This document shows, piece after piece, positions 10,476 to 21,333 of a stretch of DNA of 64,000 bases. The position numbers were made by a program, and so were the translations under genes. Origin of the DNA: an uncultured Actinomycetota bacterium (GTDB lineage Bacteria > Actinomycetota > Actinomycetes > JAHEKZ01); assembly GCA_963743915.1 (NCBI GenBank), contig CAVURN010000005.1, forward strand, positions 320,001-384,000. The letters run 5' to 3'. Under the pieces are notes generated by a model. The model was given only the letters and a program-made list of their open reading frames with translations, had not been told where the DNA came from and did not search any database. Positions within the stretch are counted from its first letter, which is position 1; the number at the start of each line of letters is the position of its first letter.

Positions 10476-11450
10476 TCAGGCGTTGCCGTCGAAGAGGCTG
10501 GTCACCGAGCCGTCGTCGAAGACCTCGCGGATCGCCCGCGCCAGCATGGGCGCGATCGGCAGCACGGTGAGCTTGTCGAACCGCTTGTCGTCGGCGATGG
10601 GGAGGGTGTCGGTGACGACCACCTCGGAGACACGGCTGTTCTTCAGGCGGTCGATCGCCGGTCCGCTGAAGATGCCGTGAGTCGCGGTGACGATGACCTC
10701 GGCAGCACCCTGGTCGAAGAGGGTCTCGGCGGCCTTCACGATCGTGCCACCGGTGTCGATCATGTCGTCGACGAGCACGCAGATGCGTCCCTCGACCTCA
10801 CCGACGACCTCGAAGACCTTGACCTCGTTCGGCACGTCAGGGTCGCGTCGCTTGTGGATGATCGCCAGCGGGCTGCCGAGGCGGTCGGTCCATCGCTCGG
10901 CCACTCGCACGCGTCCGGCGTCCGGCGAGACCACGGTGATGCGGCTACGGTCCGAGACCCGGCTGGCGACGTAGTGCGCGAGCGTCTCGAGCGCGAACAG
11001 GTGGTCGACCGGGCCGTCGAAGAAGCCTTGGATCTGCGAGGTGTGAAGGTCGACAGCCATCAGCCGGTCGGCCCCGGCCGTCTTGAAGAGATCGGCCATC
11101 AGACGCGCCGAGATGGGTTCGCGTCCCCGGTGCTTCTTGTCCTGACGGGCATACCCGTAGAAGGGCGCCACCACCGTGATGCGCTTGGCCGAGGCCCGCT
11201 TGAGCGCGTCGACCATGATGAGCTGCTCCATGATCCAGGTGTTGACCGGGGTGGTGTGCGACTGGATGACGAAGGCGTCGCAGCCCCGCACCGACTCCTC
11301 GTAGCGGACGAAGATCTCACCGTTGGCGAAGTCGAAGAGCGACGTGGGACACAGTTCGGTGTCGAGGAAGGCGGCAACCTCCTCGGCGAGTTCGGCGTGC
11401 CCTCGGCCCGAGAAGAGCATCAGCTTCTTGGAGTTCGTCGACTCGATCAT
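10476..11450 (-). CDS. prs: Ribose-phosphate pyrophosphokinase
   Basis: [45 protein letters not shown]. Confidence 0.97.
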   Translation of the reverse strand: MIESTNSKKLMLFSGRGHAELAEEVAAFLDTELCPTSLFDFANGEIFVRYEESVRGCDAFVIQSHTTPVNTWIMEQLIMVDALKRASAKRITVVAPFYGYARQDKKHRGREPISARLMADLFKTAGADRLMAVDLHTSQIQGFFDGPVDHLFALETLAHYVASRVSDRSRITVVSPDAGRVRVAERWTDRLGSPLAIIHKRRDPDVPNEVKVFEVVGEVEGRICVLVDDMIDTGGTIVKAAETLFDQGAAEVIVTATHGIFSGPAIDRLKNSRVSEVVVTDTLPIADDKRFDKLTVLPIAPMLARAIREVFDDGSVTSLFDGNA

Positions 11451-12964
11451 GCGCTGCCTTCCGGATCGCCCGTCCCGCCGCGCTCATTCTCCCCCGACCC
11501 GGTTGCGCTGTCATCGGCGGGCACCGCCTCTGTCGTCGCGGGCTCGACGGCGGCCTCGGCCGCCCGGGCGGACGCGGACCCGCTCCGCTTGCGCAGCACC
11601 CAGCCCAGGATCGTCCGCTGCCTGGCACGGCCGACGCCCATCGCGCCGGCGGGGACGTCGTCGGTGATGACCGACCCCGCTGCCGTGTAGGCACCGTCGC
11701 CCACGGTCACCGGGGCGACGAGCATGGTGTCGCTCCCGATCCGCACGTGGTCGCCGATCACCGTCCGGTGCTTCGCGACACCGTCGTAGTTCACGAAGAT
11801 CGTGGCCGCACCGATGTTGGAGCCCTCACCGATCTCCGCATCCCCCACGTACGACAGGTGCGGGACCTTGGAGCCGTCGCCCACGACGGCCTGCTTCGCC
11901 TCGACGAACGCACCGGCACGCGCACCGCGGCCGAGCCGCGTCCCCGGCCTCAGGTACGTGTACGGACCGACGCTGGCGTCCTGCCCGATCACCGCACCCT
12001 CGGCCGTGGTGAAGCGGATCACCGCACCCTCCGCCACCTGCACGTCATGCAGCTGCGACCCCGGACCGACCTCGGCTCCGGCCGCCACCGTGGTCGCACC
12101 GGACAATGCCGTCCACGGGTGGACGACGACGTCGGGCTCGAGGGCGACGTCGACGCCGATGTCGGTGGTCGCCGGGTCGGCGATCGTCACACCGGCCCGC
12201 ATCCATCCCTCGTTGATCCGGGTGCGCATCTCGGCGCGAGCGGCGGCGAGCTGGACGCGGTCGTTGACGCCCATGACCTCATGAGGGTCGTCGACGACCT
12301 CGGCCGCGACCTGTCGACCATCGCTGACGAGCAGCGCGACGACGTCGGTGAGGTACTCCTCGCCCTGGCTGTTGTCGCGCGAGAGGCGACCCAGCGCATC
12401 ACGCAGCAGCTCGGCCGTGAAGGCGTAGATCCCGGAGTTGACCTCGTCGATCGCCAGGGTCTCGTCGTCGGCGTCCCGGTGCTCGACCACGGCGGTGACG
12501 GCGCCGGACGGGTCCCGCACCACGCGCCCGTAGCCTCCCGGGTCGGACATCCGGGCCGTCAGCATGGTCGCTGCCGCCTGGCTGTCCCGGTGCCGCTCGA
12601 CGAGGGACTGGAGCGTCCCGGTGCGCAGCAGCGGGGTGTCACCGCTCACCACCAGCACCGTGCCCGCCAGCTGTGGCATGGCGCCCAACGCGATCCTGAC
12701 CGCATGTCCGGTGCCGTCCTGCTGCTCCTGGACGACCGGTTCGGCGCGGGGGCCGACGAGGGCCAGGTGGTCGGTGACGGCGTCGCGCGCATGTCCGACG
12801 ACGACCAGGGTGCGCTCAGGCTGCAAGGGCGCGACGGCGTCCAGCACGTGTCCGAGCATCGAACGGCCGAGGAAACCGTGCAGGACCTTGGGAGTATTCG
12901 ACTTCATCCGAGTGCCCTCACCGGCGGCGAGGACCACCACGGCAGCCGGACGGCTCGGGTTCAC
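11447..12964 (-). CDS. glmU: Bifunctional UDP-GlcNAc pyrophosphorylase / glucosamine-1-phosphate acetyltransferase
   Basis: [22 protein letters not shown], hexapeptide repeats, [15 protein letters not shown]. Confidence 0.97.
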   Translation of the reverse strand: MNPSRPAAVVVLAAGEGTRMKSNTPKVLHGFLGRSMLGHVLDAVAPLQPERTLVVVGHARDAVTDHLALVGPRAEPVVQEQQDGTGHAVRIALGAMPQLAGTVLVVSGDTPLLRTGTLQSLVERHRDSQAAATMLTARMSDPGGYGRVVRDPSGAVTAVVEHRDADDETLAIDEVNSGIYAFTAELLRDALGRLSRDNSQGEEYLTDVVALLVSDGRQVAAEVVDDPHEVMGVNDRVQLAAARAEMRTRINEGWMRAGVTIADPATTDIGVDVALEPDVVVHPWTALSGATTVAAGAEVGPGSQLHDVQVAEGAVIRFTTAEGAVIGQDASVGPYTYLRPGTRLGRGARAGAFVEAKQAVVGDGSKVPHLSYVGDAEIGEGSNIGAATIFVNYDGVAKHRTVIGDHVRIGSDTMLVAPVTVGDGAYTAAGSVITDDVPAGAMGVGRARQRTILGWVLRKRSGSASARAAEAAVEPATTEAVPADDSATGSGENERGGTGDPEGSA

Positions 12965-13049
12965 GGGGCTCCTGGCTCAGCGGGTGGACGGGGGTCGACC
13001 GTCCGCAGGATACCCGGCGGTCCGGTCGGCACCGTCCGCCTGCGGCGGG

Positions 13050-13120
13050 CTCCCGGGGGAGGATTCGAACCCCCATTAACGGGACCAAAACCCGCTGTCC
13101 TGCCCTTAGACGACCCGGGA
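13050..13120 (-). tRNA. tRNA-Gln (anticodon TTG)
   Basis: Reverse complement TCCCGGGTCGTCTAAGGGCAGGACAGCGGGTTTTGGTCCCGTTAATGGGGGTTCGAATCCTCCCCCGGGAG folds as a cloverleaf; usual position next to glmU; CCA not encoded. Confidence 0.95.
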
Positions 13121-13207
13121 CCGACGGGCCCGTCCGCGACGGGCGCGAGCCCCGGGCGATCAGCCTAACCTGGTGGACGCTCCCGGCCCGCGACTACCAT
13201 CGCGCTC

Positions 13208-13690
13208 GTGTCCGAGACCACGATGGTCGAGCTGGTGAACAGCGCGCTCACCGCCTTCGGCATCTCCGACACCGTCTCCGTCGTCGGCCAGTTCGAGCCT
13301 CGCGGCACGTCCGGCGGGATGTTCCTTGGTGGGATGGTCGGGGGCAGCGCAGGCGGTGCCCTCGGAGGGTCCATGGGCGACGCGATCGGGGTGGGCGCAG
13401 GATCGCTGGCCGGCAGACAGGCGGCCGCGGACGCCGAGGGTCTGCCGCGACAGATGCTGGTCGGTGTCTCCGCATCCATGGTCTACGGGGTCGAGGCCCG
13501 CACTCGCCACTCCGTGCCGGAACGCCTGGTCTTCGGCATCGGGCGCGAGGGTCTCCGGGCCGTCGTGCACCAGCGAGGCATGGTGCGGGTGCTCGAGCTG
13601 ATCCACGACGACACCGGCTCGACGATCGAGCTGGAGGGCAGCCGGGTGCCGGTCACCCACGCCAAGGACGTCATCGACGTCCTGACCTGA
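13208..13690 (+). CDS. Hypothetical protein with a glycine-zipper segment
   Basis: GGMFLGGMVGGSAGGALGGSMGDAIGVGAGSLAG; GC-rich third codon positions; TACCAT -10 box 7 nt before the GTG. Confidence 0.65.
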   Translation: MSETTMVELVNSALTAFGISDTVSVVGQFEPRGTSGGMFLGGMVGGSAGGALGGSMGDAIGVGAGSLAGRQAAADAEGLPRQMLVGVSASMVYGVEARTRHSVPERLVFGIGREGLRAVVHQRGMVRVLELIHDDTGSTIELEGSRVPVTHAKDVIDVLT

Positions 13691-13729
13691 AGGTCGAGCC
13701 CGCCCAGCCCAAGGGGTCCTGTCTCGACA

Positions 13730-13762
13730 AGTTACGCTTCCGTAGGTTACGGTGCCGTAACT
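13730..13762 (+). promoter_or_regulatory. Tandem palindromic operator (GTTACG-N4-CGTAAC-like, two copies) upstream of the desaturase
   Basis: AGTTACGCTTCCGTAGGTTACGGTGCCGTAACT, about 15 bp before the ATG of the desaturase-TetR operon. Confidence 0.65.
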
Positions 13763-13776
13763 AGAAGGGAGTCCGA

Positions 13777-14725
13777 ATGACGACGGACCTCACCACGCTC
13801 TACAACCCCCCGGTGGACCCCGCCGCCGTTGACGCACCCCCTCGCCAGAGCGCCTTTCACCGCTTCTGGCTCTACTACTTCATCATCGTGCCGCTGCTGG
13901 CCCTGGTCGCCGCCATCCCCCTGGCGTGGGGCGGTTTCGTCGGGCCGGTCGACCTGGTCCTGCTGGTCGTCTTCTACGCGGTGAGCGCGACGGGCATCAC
14001 GGTCGGATTCCACCGGCACTTCACCCACGGCGCCTTCAAGGCCAAGCCATGGGTCCGCGTGATGCTGGCCGTCGCCGGGCAGCCTCGCGATCGAGGGTCC
14101 GCTCGACCAGTGGGTCGCCGACCACCGCAAGCACCACGCCTTCAGCGACAAGGAAGGTGACCCGCACTCCCCCTGGCGTTTCGGTGACTCCGTCCCCGCG
14201 CTGCTCAAGGGGCTGTACTACGCGCACATGGGGTGGTTCTTCGACGACGGCCACAGCTCCCGTGCCAAGTACGCGCCCGACCTGCTCGAGGACCGGGCGA
14301 TGCGTCGCGTCTCCGCGAACTTCGGCTGGCTGGTGCTCGCGTCGGTGCTGCTCCCTGCCCTGCTCGGCGGGCTGCTCACGTGGTCGTGGTGGGGCGTCGT
14401 GACCGGTCTGGTGTGGGGCGGCTTCATCCGGATCGCCCTCGTCCACCACATCACCTGGTCGATCAACTCGATCTGCCACGTGATGGGGGAACACCCGTTC
14501 AAGTCACGCGACCGTTCCGGGAATGTCTGGTGGCTCGCGATCCCGTCGTTCGGCGAGAGCTGGCACAACCTGCACCACGCCGACCCCACCTGCGCCCGTC
14601 ACGGCGTCGAGAAGGGGCAGATCGACATCAGCGCACGACTGATCCGGTGGATGGAGAAGGCCGGGTGGGTCTGGGACGTCCGCTGGCCCAAACGCACCAG
14701 GCTGGAAGCCCGTCGCGCCGGATGA
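13777..14725 (+). CDS. Delta-9 acyl-CoA/acyl-lipid fatty acid desaturase; frameshift near 14078
   Basis: His boxes HRHFTH, HRKHH and GESWHNLHH; GDPHSPW; transmembrane segments. Confidence 0.92.
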
Positions 14726-15354
14726 GCGAGCCCCAGGAGCGACGACGCTCCCGGATGACGAGCGCCGCGCGTCGCGAACAGCTGCTGCAGGTGGGGCGCT
14801 CGCTCTTCGCCGAACGCGGGTTCGAGGCGACCTCGGTCGAGGAGATCGCGTCCAAGGCCGACGTCTCCAAGCCCGTGGTCTACGAGCACTTCGGCGGCAA
14901 GGAGGGCCTGTACGCGGTCATCGTCGACCGCGAGATGCAGAAGCTGCTCGGCATGGTCGAGGGCGCACTCACCGAGGACCATCCCCGTCGGCTGCTCGAG
15001 CAGGCCGCCCTCGCGCTGCTCACCTACATCGAGCAGGACACCGACGGTTTCCGCATCCTGGTCCGCGACTCGCCGGTGGCGACCTCGACCGGCACCTTCG
15101 CCAGCCTGATCGTCGACATCGCCGGCCAGGTCGAGCACCTGCTGGCGGGCGAGTTCAAGGCTCGCGGGTTCGACGTCAAGTACGCGCCCATGTACTCACA
15201 GATGCTCGTGGGCATGGTGGCGCTCACCGGGCAGTGGTGGGTCGACGTGCGCAAGCCGAAGAAGGCTGAGGTCGCCGCCCACCTGGTGAACCTGGCCTGG
15301 AACGGACTGCGCGACCTCGAGGCCAAGCCGAAGCTGGGTGGCGATCGGGCATGA
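14722..15354 (+). CDS. TetR family transcriptional regulator (Rv1019-like)
   Basis: RMTSAARREQLL...GFEATSVEEIASKADVSKPVVYEHFGGKEGLY; ATGA overlap with the desaturase. Confidence 0.92.
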   Translation: MSEPQERRRSRMTSAARREQLLQVGRSLFAERGFEATSVEEIASKADVSKPVVYEHFGGKEGLYAVIVDREMQKLLGMVEGALTEDHPRRLLEQAALALLTYIEQDTDGFRILVRDSPVATSTGTFASLIVDIAGQVEHLLAGEFKARGFDVKYAPMYSQMLVGMVALTGQWWVDVRKPKKAEVAAHLVNLAWNGLRDLEAKPKLGGDRA

Positions 15355-15403
15355 GGTGCGTCGATCCTTCCCCCCTCGGAGGGCAAGGGTTAGCGTTCAG
15401 ACC

Positions 15404-15955
15404 ATGAGCGACCAGACGCCGCAGGACCCTTACGCCGTCCCACCGCCGGGGAGCGTGCCGCCACCTCCCCCACCCCAGGCGACCCCGGGCGCACCGCCCC
15501 CCGCGGTCCCTCCGGCCGGTGGGTACCCGCCCCCGCCGCCCGCCGGGTACCCGGCGCCGACGTACCCCGCGGCCGGTTACCCCGGTGGCCAGCCCAAGCG
15601 GGGTCACAGTGGGCTCGCCATCACGGCACTGGTCGTCGCGGTCGTCGTGGTCTTCATCTGCTGGATCCCGTTCATCGGGGCGGGCGCAGCCCTCATCGCC
15701 CTGATCCTCGGCGTCGTCGCCTGGGTCACGTCCAAGAGCGCCGGTCGGCCGATCAGTCTCGCCGTCGCCGCCACGATTCTCAGCATCCTCACCCTGCTCG
15801 CGGGAATCGCGATCACCATCGGATTCATCGCTCTGGTCGACAAGGCGCAGGAAGCCGACCGGTTCTGCCTGCGCACGACGACCACGCAGGCCGAGTACGA
15901 CCAGTGCTTCGAGGACCGGGTCTCCAGCTGGTTCGGCATCGAACCCAGCCCGTGA
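15404..15955 (+). CDS. Proline-rich membrane protein (DUF4190-like)
   Basis: PPPAGYP N-terminus; GLAITALV followed by three hydrophobic helices; C-terminal Cys pair. Confidence 0.7.
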   Translation: MSDQTPQDPYAVPPPGSVPPPPPPQATPGAPPPAVPPAGGYPPPPPAGYPAPTYPAAGYPGGQPKRGHSGLAITALVVAVVVVFICWIPFIGAGAALIALILGVVAWVTSKSAGRPISLAVAATILSILTLLAGIAITIGFIALVDKAQEADRFCLRTTTTQAEYDQCFEDRVSSWFGIEPSP

Positions 15956-16476
15956 CCACCGGCGACGCCACACGTGACCGCGACGAGGTCGACGACCTCG
16001 TCGCGGCATGGCGGCGAGAGCGCCCGGACCTCGATGTGGCACCGCTGGAGGTGCTCAGCCGGGTGAGCCGACTCGCGCGCCACCTCGACCGTGCGCGTGG
16101 CCAGGCATTCTCACGGCACAGCCTCGAGGGCTGGGAGTTCGACGTGCTCGCAGCGCTGCGACGATCCGGTGAACCGTACGAGCTCTCCCCGGGCAAGCTG
16201 CTGCAGCAGACCCTCGTCACGTCGGGCACGATGACGAACCGCATTGACCGGCTCGCCGCACGTGGGCTGGTCGAGCGTCATCCCGCGCTGGACGACCGAC
16301 GCAGCATCATGGTGCAGCTCACCGAAGCGGGGGCGACGAAGGTGGACGCCGCGCTGATCGACCTGCTCGCCCACGAGCAGGCGATCCTCGCCGAGCTGGA
16401 CGCCGACGACCAGGAGACCCTCACCACCCTGCTACGGAGGGTGCTCCTCCCCTTCGACCGGAACGCAGCCAAGTAG
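15952..16476 (+). CDS. MarR family regulator, TamR/PecS (urate-responsive) subfamily
   Basis: DEVDDLVAAWRRERPDLD, EFDVLAALRRSG, VTSGTMTNRIDRL, DDRRS. Confidence 0.88.
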   Translation: MTTGDATRDRDEVDDLVAAWRRERPDLDVAPLEVLSRVSRLARHLDRARGQAFSRHSLEGWEFDVLAALRRSGEPYELSPGKLLQQTLVTSGTMTNRIDRLAARGLVERHPALDDRRSIMVQLTEAGATKVDAALIDLLAHEQAILAELDADDQETLTTLLRRVLLPFDRNAAK

Positions 16477-16477
16477 C

Positions 16478-16520
16478 CCGCCCAGCAGCCGAGACGTCCA
16501 CCCGCTCAGCACTCGGCGGG
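16478..16520. repeat. Short copy of a REP-like palindromic repeat between convergent genes
   Basis: GCCCAGCAGCCGAG and GACGTCCACCCGCTCAGCACTCGGC match the two ends of the 50181-50328 element. Confidence 0.55.
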
Positions 16521-16523
16521 AGA

Positions 16524-17234
16524 TCAGTCAGCCGCGATGTAGCGTCCGTCGCGCAGGACAGGGACCACGTCGTCGACATCCACCTGCTCGGCCAGTCGCA
16601 CGTCATCGGGGAAGCCCCAGTCGATCAGCTCGCGCCCGGACGGCACGCCCGCCAGCGAGTCCCGGTCGCGGAACGCGGCGACCGCTGCGCGCGCCTCCGG
16701 AGCCAGCTGCACGTTCGGGTCGAGGGCGAGCAGCCGCTCGGCGATCGCGCCGGAACCGACGTGGTCCTCGTAACAGACGCGGAGCGCACCATCGGGCCAC
16801 TGCTCGCCGGCAGGCACGAGACCGACGGTGCGGAACCGTCCCTGCAGCCAGCGGGCCACGGCTGACGCGTTCCGGAGCGAACCGGCCACCACGGTGAGGC
16901 CGGACATCAGGGCAGCGTGGGAGATCACCGAGCCGTTGGCCGACGGCATGATCAGCCGTTCACCGTCCTGCACGTCGAGCAGGCTGGCGGGTGACAGGGT
17001 CCGTCCCTCGCGCATGTTGCGCCCCCGCACCAGGGTGGCACCGATCGCCCGGGCGAGCTGTTCGGCGCGCTCGTGGCCACTGTGCGGCCACACCGCCGCG
17101 CCACGCGCGACGGCCACGGCGACGGATGTGGAGAACGACAGCACGTCGACGATCACGACGCACTCGCACGTCTCCGAGAGCAGGCGGAGTCCGCGCGGCC
17201 CCCACTCCAGCTGCACCACTGTGGGGTCGACCAT
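16524..17234 (-). CDS. 2-phosphosulfolactate phosphatase (ComB) family protein
   Basis: EWGPRG, VVIVDVLSFSTSV, LSPASL, PSANGS, GSLRNASAVA, PAGEQW, EDHVGSGAI. Confidence 0.85.
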   Translation of the reverse strand: MVDPTVVQLEWGPRGLRLLSETCECVVIVDVLSFSTSVAVAVARGAAVWPHSGHERAEQLARAIGATLVRGRNMREGRTLSPASLLDVQDGERLIMPSANGSVISHAALMSGLTVVAGSLRNASAVARWLQGRFRTVGLVPAGEQWPDGALRVCYEDHVGSGAIAERLLALDPNVQLAPEARAAVAAFRDRDSLAGVPSGRELIDWGFPDDVRLAEQVDVDDVVPVLRDGRYIAAD

Positions 17235-18139
17235 CAGTCGACCACCCGCGCTCCGGCCACCGGACCCACAGCAGACACGACCGTCCGGCAGGTGCCCGAC
17301 GAGGTGAGGGCGACGGCGAGGTCGAGGGCGTGCTCCTCGTCGCGGGCCAGGAAGGCGCAGGTGGGGCCCGATCCGGAGACCAGGGCACCCAGGGCGCCGT
17401 ACTCCTCCCCGACGTCGAGGGTCATCGCCAGACCGGGGCGCAGCGACACCGCCGCGCGCTGCAGCTCGTTGTGCAGGACACCGCCCAAGGACACGGCGTT
17501 TCCCGACCGCAGCGCGGCCATCACCCGGTCCGAGACGCGCGGCTCCGGCAGCACCGAACCCGCCCGCATGCGGTCGAGCTCGGCGTAGACGTCCGGGGTC
17601 GAGAGCCCGCCGTCGGCGAACGCGAACACCCAGTGGAAATGACCCCGCGCCAGCACGGGTGTGAGCTTCTCGCCGCGCCCGAGCCCCATCGCGGTGTGTC
17701 CCACCAGCCCGAACGGCACGTCCGAACCGACGGAGGCGGCAAGGTCGACCAGCACCTCCCGCTCGAGGTGCGCCTCCCAGAGCCGGTCGAGGGCGAGCAG
17801 CGCTCCGGCCGCGTCGGCACTGCCTCCGGCCATGCCGGCGGCCACGGGGATCGCCTTGTGGATGTGCAGGTGCGCTCTGGGCTCGACGCCGAGGTGCTCG
17901 GCGAGCGCCCGGGCAGCGACCAGGGCCAGGTTCTCGTCATCGACGGGAACCGTGTCAGCGCCCTCGCCCTCGACGCTGACGGTGAGATGGTCGCCGGGGA
18001 GGGCAGTGACGTCGTCGAAGAGCGAGACTGCCTGAAAGACCGTGGCCAGGTCGTGGTAGCCGTCCTTGCGCGGAGTGCCGACGATCAGCTCGAGGTTCAC
18101 CTTGGCCGGGACCCGCACGGTGACCGGACTCACCCACAC
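17234..18139 (-). CDS. ispE: 4-diphosphocytidyl-2-C-methyl-D-erythritol kinase
   Basis: VPAKVNL, GYHDLATVFQAVS, KAIPVAAGMAGGSADAA, GSDVPF, VSGSGPT. Confidence 0.96.
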   Translation of the reverse strand: MWVSPVTVRVPAKVNLELIVGTPRKDGYHDLATVFQAVSLFDDVTALPGDHLTVSVEGEGADTVPVDDENLALVAARALAEHLGVEPRAHLHIHKAIPVAAGMAGGSADAAGALLALDRLWEAHLEREVLVDLAASVGSDVPFGLVGHTAMGLGRGEKLTPVLARGHFHWVFAFADGGLSTPDVYAELDRMRAGSVLPEPRVSDRVMAALRSGNAVSLGGVLHNELQRAAVSLRPGLAMTLDVGEEYGALGALVSGSGPTCAFLARDEEHALDLAVALTSSGTCRTVVSAVGPVAGARVVD

Positions 18140-18208
18140 GCTCCCCTCGTCACCTGCTCATGGCCCGCCGACGGTGGGCTCGCTCAGTCTGTCAGCAATC
18201 CGGTCGGG

Positions 18209-19099
18209 TCACCTGCGCATATCCGGGCGCCTGTCCGGGCGCAGGTCGGGGTGGTGGGCGGCGACCGCCGCGAAGTCGGAGACCGACAACCGTTCGCCAC
18301 GCGTCGCGGGATCGACCCCTGCCGCCCGGAGTGCGGACTCAGCCCTCTGGGCGTCCCCCGCCCAACCGGCCAGGGCCGACCGAAGGCTCTTGCGGCGCTG
18401 GGCGAAGGCCGCGTCGATGCAGGCGAAGACCTGCTCCCGACTGGCGGTCGTCGTCGGCGGGAGTCGGCGACGGAAGGCGACGAGACCGGAGTCGACGTTC
18501 GGAACCGGCCAGAACACCGACTGCGGCACCCGTCCCGCACGGGTGACCTCGGCGTACCAGGCAGCCTTCGCGCTCGGCACCCCGTACACCTTGCTGCCCG
18601 GTGGCGCCGCCAACCGCTCAGCGACCTCGAGCTGCACCATCACGAGCCCGTGCTCCAACGAGGGGAAGCGCTCGAGCAGGTGGAGGACCACCGGAACGGC
18701 GACGTTGTACGGGAGGTTGGCGACCAGCGCCGTCGGCGCCTCGGGGAGCTCGTCCACCCGCAGGGCGTCCTGCTGGACGACGGTCAGCCGCCCGGCGACG
18801 GCGGGGGCACGGGTGGCGACGGTCTCCGGAAGCGCGCGCGCCAGGACCGGGTCGATCTCGACCGCCAGCACCCGCCGGCACTCCGGCAACAGACCGAGGG
18901 TGAGGGACCCGAGGCCGGGACCGACCTCGACGACGACGTCGTCGGCGACGACCCGGGCGACACGGACGATCCGGCGCACCGTGTTGGCGTCGACGACGAA
19001 GTTCTGCCCCCAGCGCTTCGTGGGGTGGAGGTCCAGCCGCCGAGCAAGCTCGCGGACGGCGGCTGCGCCGAGCAGGGCCGACTCTTCAGGAGAGGTCAC
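18209..19099 (-). CDS. rsmA: 16S rRNA adenine dimethyltransferase (KsgA)
   Basis: [47 protein letters not shown]. Confidence 0.96.
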   Translation of the reverse strand: MTSPEESALLGAAAVRELARRLDLHPTKRWGQNFVVDANTVRRIVRVARVVADDVVVEVGPGLGSLTLGLLPECRRVLAVEIDPVLARALPETVATRAPAVAGRLTVVQQDALRVDELPEAPTALVANLPYNVAVPVVLHLLERFPSLEHGLVMVQLEVAERLAAPPGSKVYGVPSAKAAWYAEVTRAGRVPQSVFWPVPNVDSGLVAFRRRLPPTTTASREQVFACIDAAFAQRRKSLRSALAGWAGDAQRAESALRAAGVDPATRGERLSVSDFAAVAAHHPDLRPDRRPDMRR

Positions 19100-19129
19100 G
19101 ACGTCCAGTCTGCCGCGGCAGCGGTGGGA

Positions 19130-20224
19130 TCAGCTGAACAGCAGAGGGCCGCACACCGGCCACTGGCCAGCCCCTGAACGCTGGTAGAGGACCTGCGCCC
19201 GGTACGTCTGTTCCGACGGGCTCGCGTCGACGGGGTTTCCGGTGCCGCCCACGGAGTACCAGGTGGAGAGAGCGAACTGGTACAGCCCGTAGTACCCGGC
19301 CGGGTTGACCGCGCGTGGGTTGCCGCCCGACTCGCAGCCGGCGAGGGCGGCCCAGTTCAGACCCTCAGCCCCGGTGGCCGGTGCCGAGAACGGACGCGGT
19401 GTGGTGCCGTACGCGACGACCTGGCGGCGTGGCTCGCTCAGGACCCTGCGGTCGAGGCGACGCTCGCGAACGACCACCCCGTCGTGCCGCACCACCCGGC
19501 TGATGACCACGCCGCGGCCGTCGCGTCCGCGCTGCAGCACCTTCTGCTGACCGACGTAGAGGTCGGAGTCGGCGCGCCGCACGACGTCGTGGTCGATGGT
19601 GAACGCGTGGCGCACCGTGGCGACCTTCACGCGGGTCACGACGATCTCCATGCCGGTCTGGACCTCGCGGCCGAGTGGCACGCTCACGATGTCGTCGCCT
19701 CGGAGCGGCACCCCGGCCTCACGCAGGACTCCCGCCACGTTCTGCGCCGTCGTGACGACAGTGGTCCGCCGCTGGTCGTGCAGCACCGTCACCCGATCCG
19801 GCAGCAGGACGCCGACCCGTGCTCCGGTGAGGGGCACCCGCTCGCTGCGGGACGCCACGACCTCGGCGCTGTCCGTCCTGAGGTCGAGATCGGCGAGCGC
19901 CTCGTCGACGGTGAGCTCGGTCGTCCAGATCTGGGTCGGCTCGCCGTCGACGACCACCTGCAACGGGCGTGCGTGACGGACCTGCACCCGCTCGGCTTCC
20001 GTGACGGGGGTGACCGGGTCCGGGACGACGAGGTCACGGTCGTTCACGACGACACCCTGCTCGGTGAGCAGCTCGCCGACGGTGTCGGCGCGCGTCTCGA
20101 CGGTGCTGAGCTGACCGTCGACCTCGAGCGACACGGGATGGTCGCTGGAGGTGAACCCGGAGACGGCGAGCACGAGGACCGCCGCGAGGGCGCCCTCGAG
20201 CACGAGCAAGATCGGCTTGAACAC
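19130..20224 (-). CDS. rpfB: Resuscitation-promoting factor B (three DUF348 repeats, G5, Rpf transglycosylase)
   Basis: WAALAGCESGGN...YYGLYQF...EQ...WPVCG; tatD-rpfB-rsmA-ispE synteny; TAGCGT -10 box 7 nt before the GTG at 20224. Confidence 0.9.
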   Translation of the reverse strand: MFKPILLVLEGALAAVLVLAVSGFTSSDHPVSLEVDGQLSTVETRADTVGELLTEQGVVVNDRDLVVPDPVTPVTEAERVQVRHARPLQVVVDGEPTQIWTTELTVDEALADLDLRTDSAEVVASRSERVPLTGARVGVLLPDRVTVLHDQRRTTVVTTAQNVAGVLREAGVPLRGDDIVSVPLGREVQTGMEIVVTRVKVATVRHAFTIDHDVVRRADSDLYVGQQKVLQRGRDGRGVVISRVVRHDGVVVRERRLDRRVLSEPRRQVVAYGTTPRPFSAPATGAEGLNWAALAGCESGGNPRAVNPAGYYGLYQFALSTWYSVGGTGNPVDASPSEQTYRAQVLYQRSGAGQWPVCGPLLFS

Positions 20225-20340
20225 CCGACCGACGCTAGCGGCGGGCACCCCTGGGGGGCCAACTCGAGTCCACAACCCACAGACCCCACGGAGTCAACCT
20301 CGAGTAGAGGTTCACTCTTACGACGGCCGCTCGGCCGCGC

Positions 20341-21232
20341 CTACCAGGGCCCGAAAGCCCGGTCGGTGTTGGCCGCCACCACCGCGCCGAGTGCCGCGAG
20401 GTCGACCTCCTTGACGGCGGCCATCGTGTGCAGCGTCACAGGGACCAGGTAGGAGGCGTTGGGGCGTCCACGGTGTGGGAGCGGAGCGAGGAAGGGCGCG
20501 TCGGTCTCGACGAGCACGAGCTCGAGGGGGGCCGCGACGAGAGCCTCCCGCAGGTGCTCGTTCGCCTTGAAGGTGACCGTCCCGGCGAACGACATGAACC
20601 ACCCGTGCTCGGCGCAGCGTCGAGCGAGGTCCGGGCCGCCGGAGAAGCAGTGGAACACGACCCTGTCGGGTGCGCCCTCGGACAGCAGCACCGAGACGAC
20701 GTCGTCGTGCGCATCCCGGTCGTGGATCACCAGCGTGCGGTCGAGCCGCTTGGCCAGGTCGATGTGCCGCCGGAAGGACTCCTCCTGCGCGGCGCGCCCG
20801 TCCTCGCCGGTGCGGAAGTGGTCGAGGCCCGTCTCCCCCACGGCGCGCACCCGGGCATCGCCGGCGAGTGCGGCGATCGTCGCGAAGGCTTCCTCGAAGG
20901 TTCCGTCGGCCGACCAGCCGAGGGGCTTCGTTCGGATGCAGCGCCACCGCGGCCACGACCTGGGGGTGGCGGTGCGCGGTCTCGACACCGAAGCGTGAGC
21001 TCACCACGTCGTAGCCCACCTGCACCACCCGGGTGACGCCGACCGAGCCGGCCAGCTGCAGCGCCCGTTCGACGGTGAGTCCCGGGCCGTGCTTGCTCTC
21101 GTCGAACGCGATGTCGAGGTGGCAGTGACTGTCCGGGACGTCGACCGGCAGGCGCTCCGGCAGCGGAGGCCAGCTCCCCGTGCCGGGGGTCGGCGCAGCG
21201 GATTCCGGGGACGAGTCGGACAGGTCGGGCAT
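20341..21232 (-). CDS. tatD: TatD family DNase; frameshift near 20930
   Basis: DSHCHLD, ALHPNEA, AVGETGLD, IHDRDAH, FHCFSG, VETDAPFL. Confidence 0.92.
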
Positions 21233-21333
21233 CCGCCCATCGTGACAGACCCGAACTTCGCGAATCCGTTGACACCGGCTGCTCGGCGGTCGACGATCGG
21301 CGGGCCCGGTTGCCCGACCGCACGGAGGAAGCC

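Noticed and set aside
16991-19177. Long antisense or alternate-frame ORFs (also 8751-10433, 25364-27019, 29195-31066, 31435-33336)
   Set aside because: They are shadow frames of recognisable genes, expected in high-GC DNA, with Arg/Gly/Pro-rich translations and no motifs.
20225-20340. c-di-AMP (ydaO) riboswitch upstream of rpfB
   Set aside because: No consensus motifs, and the gene appears leaderless.
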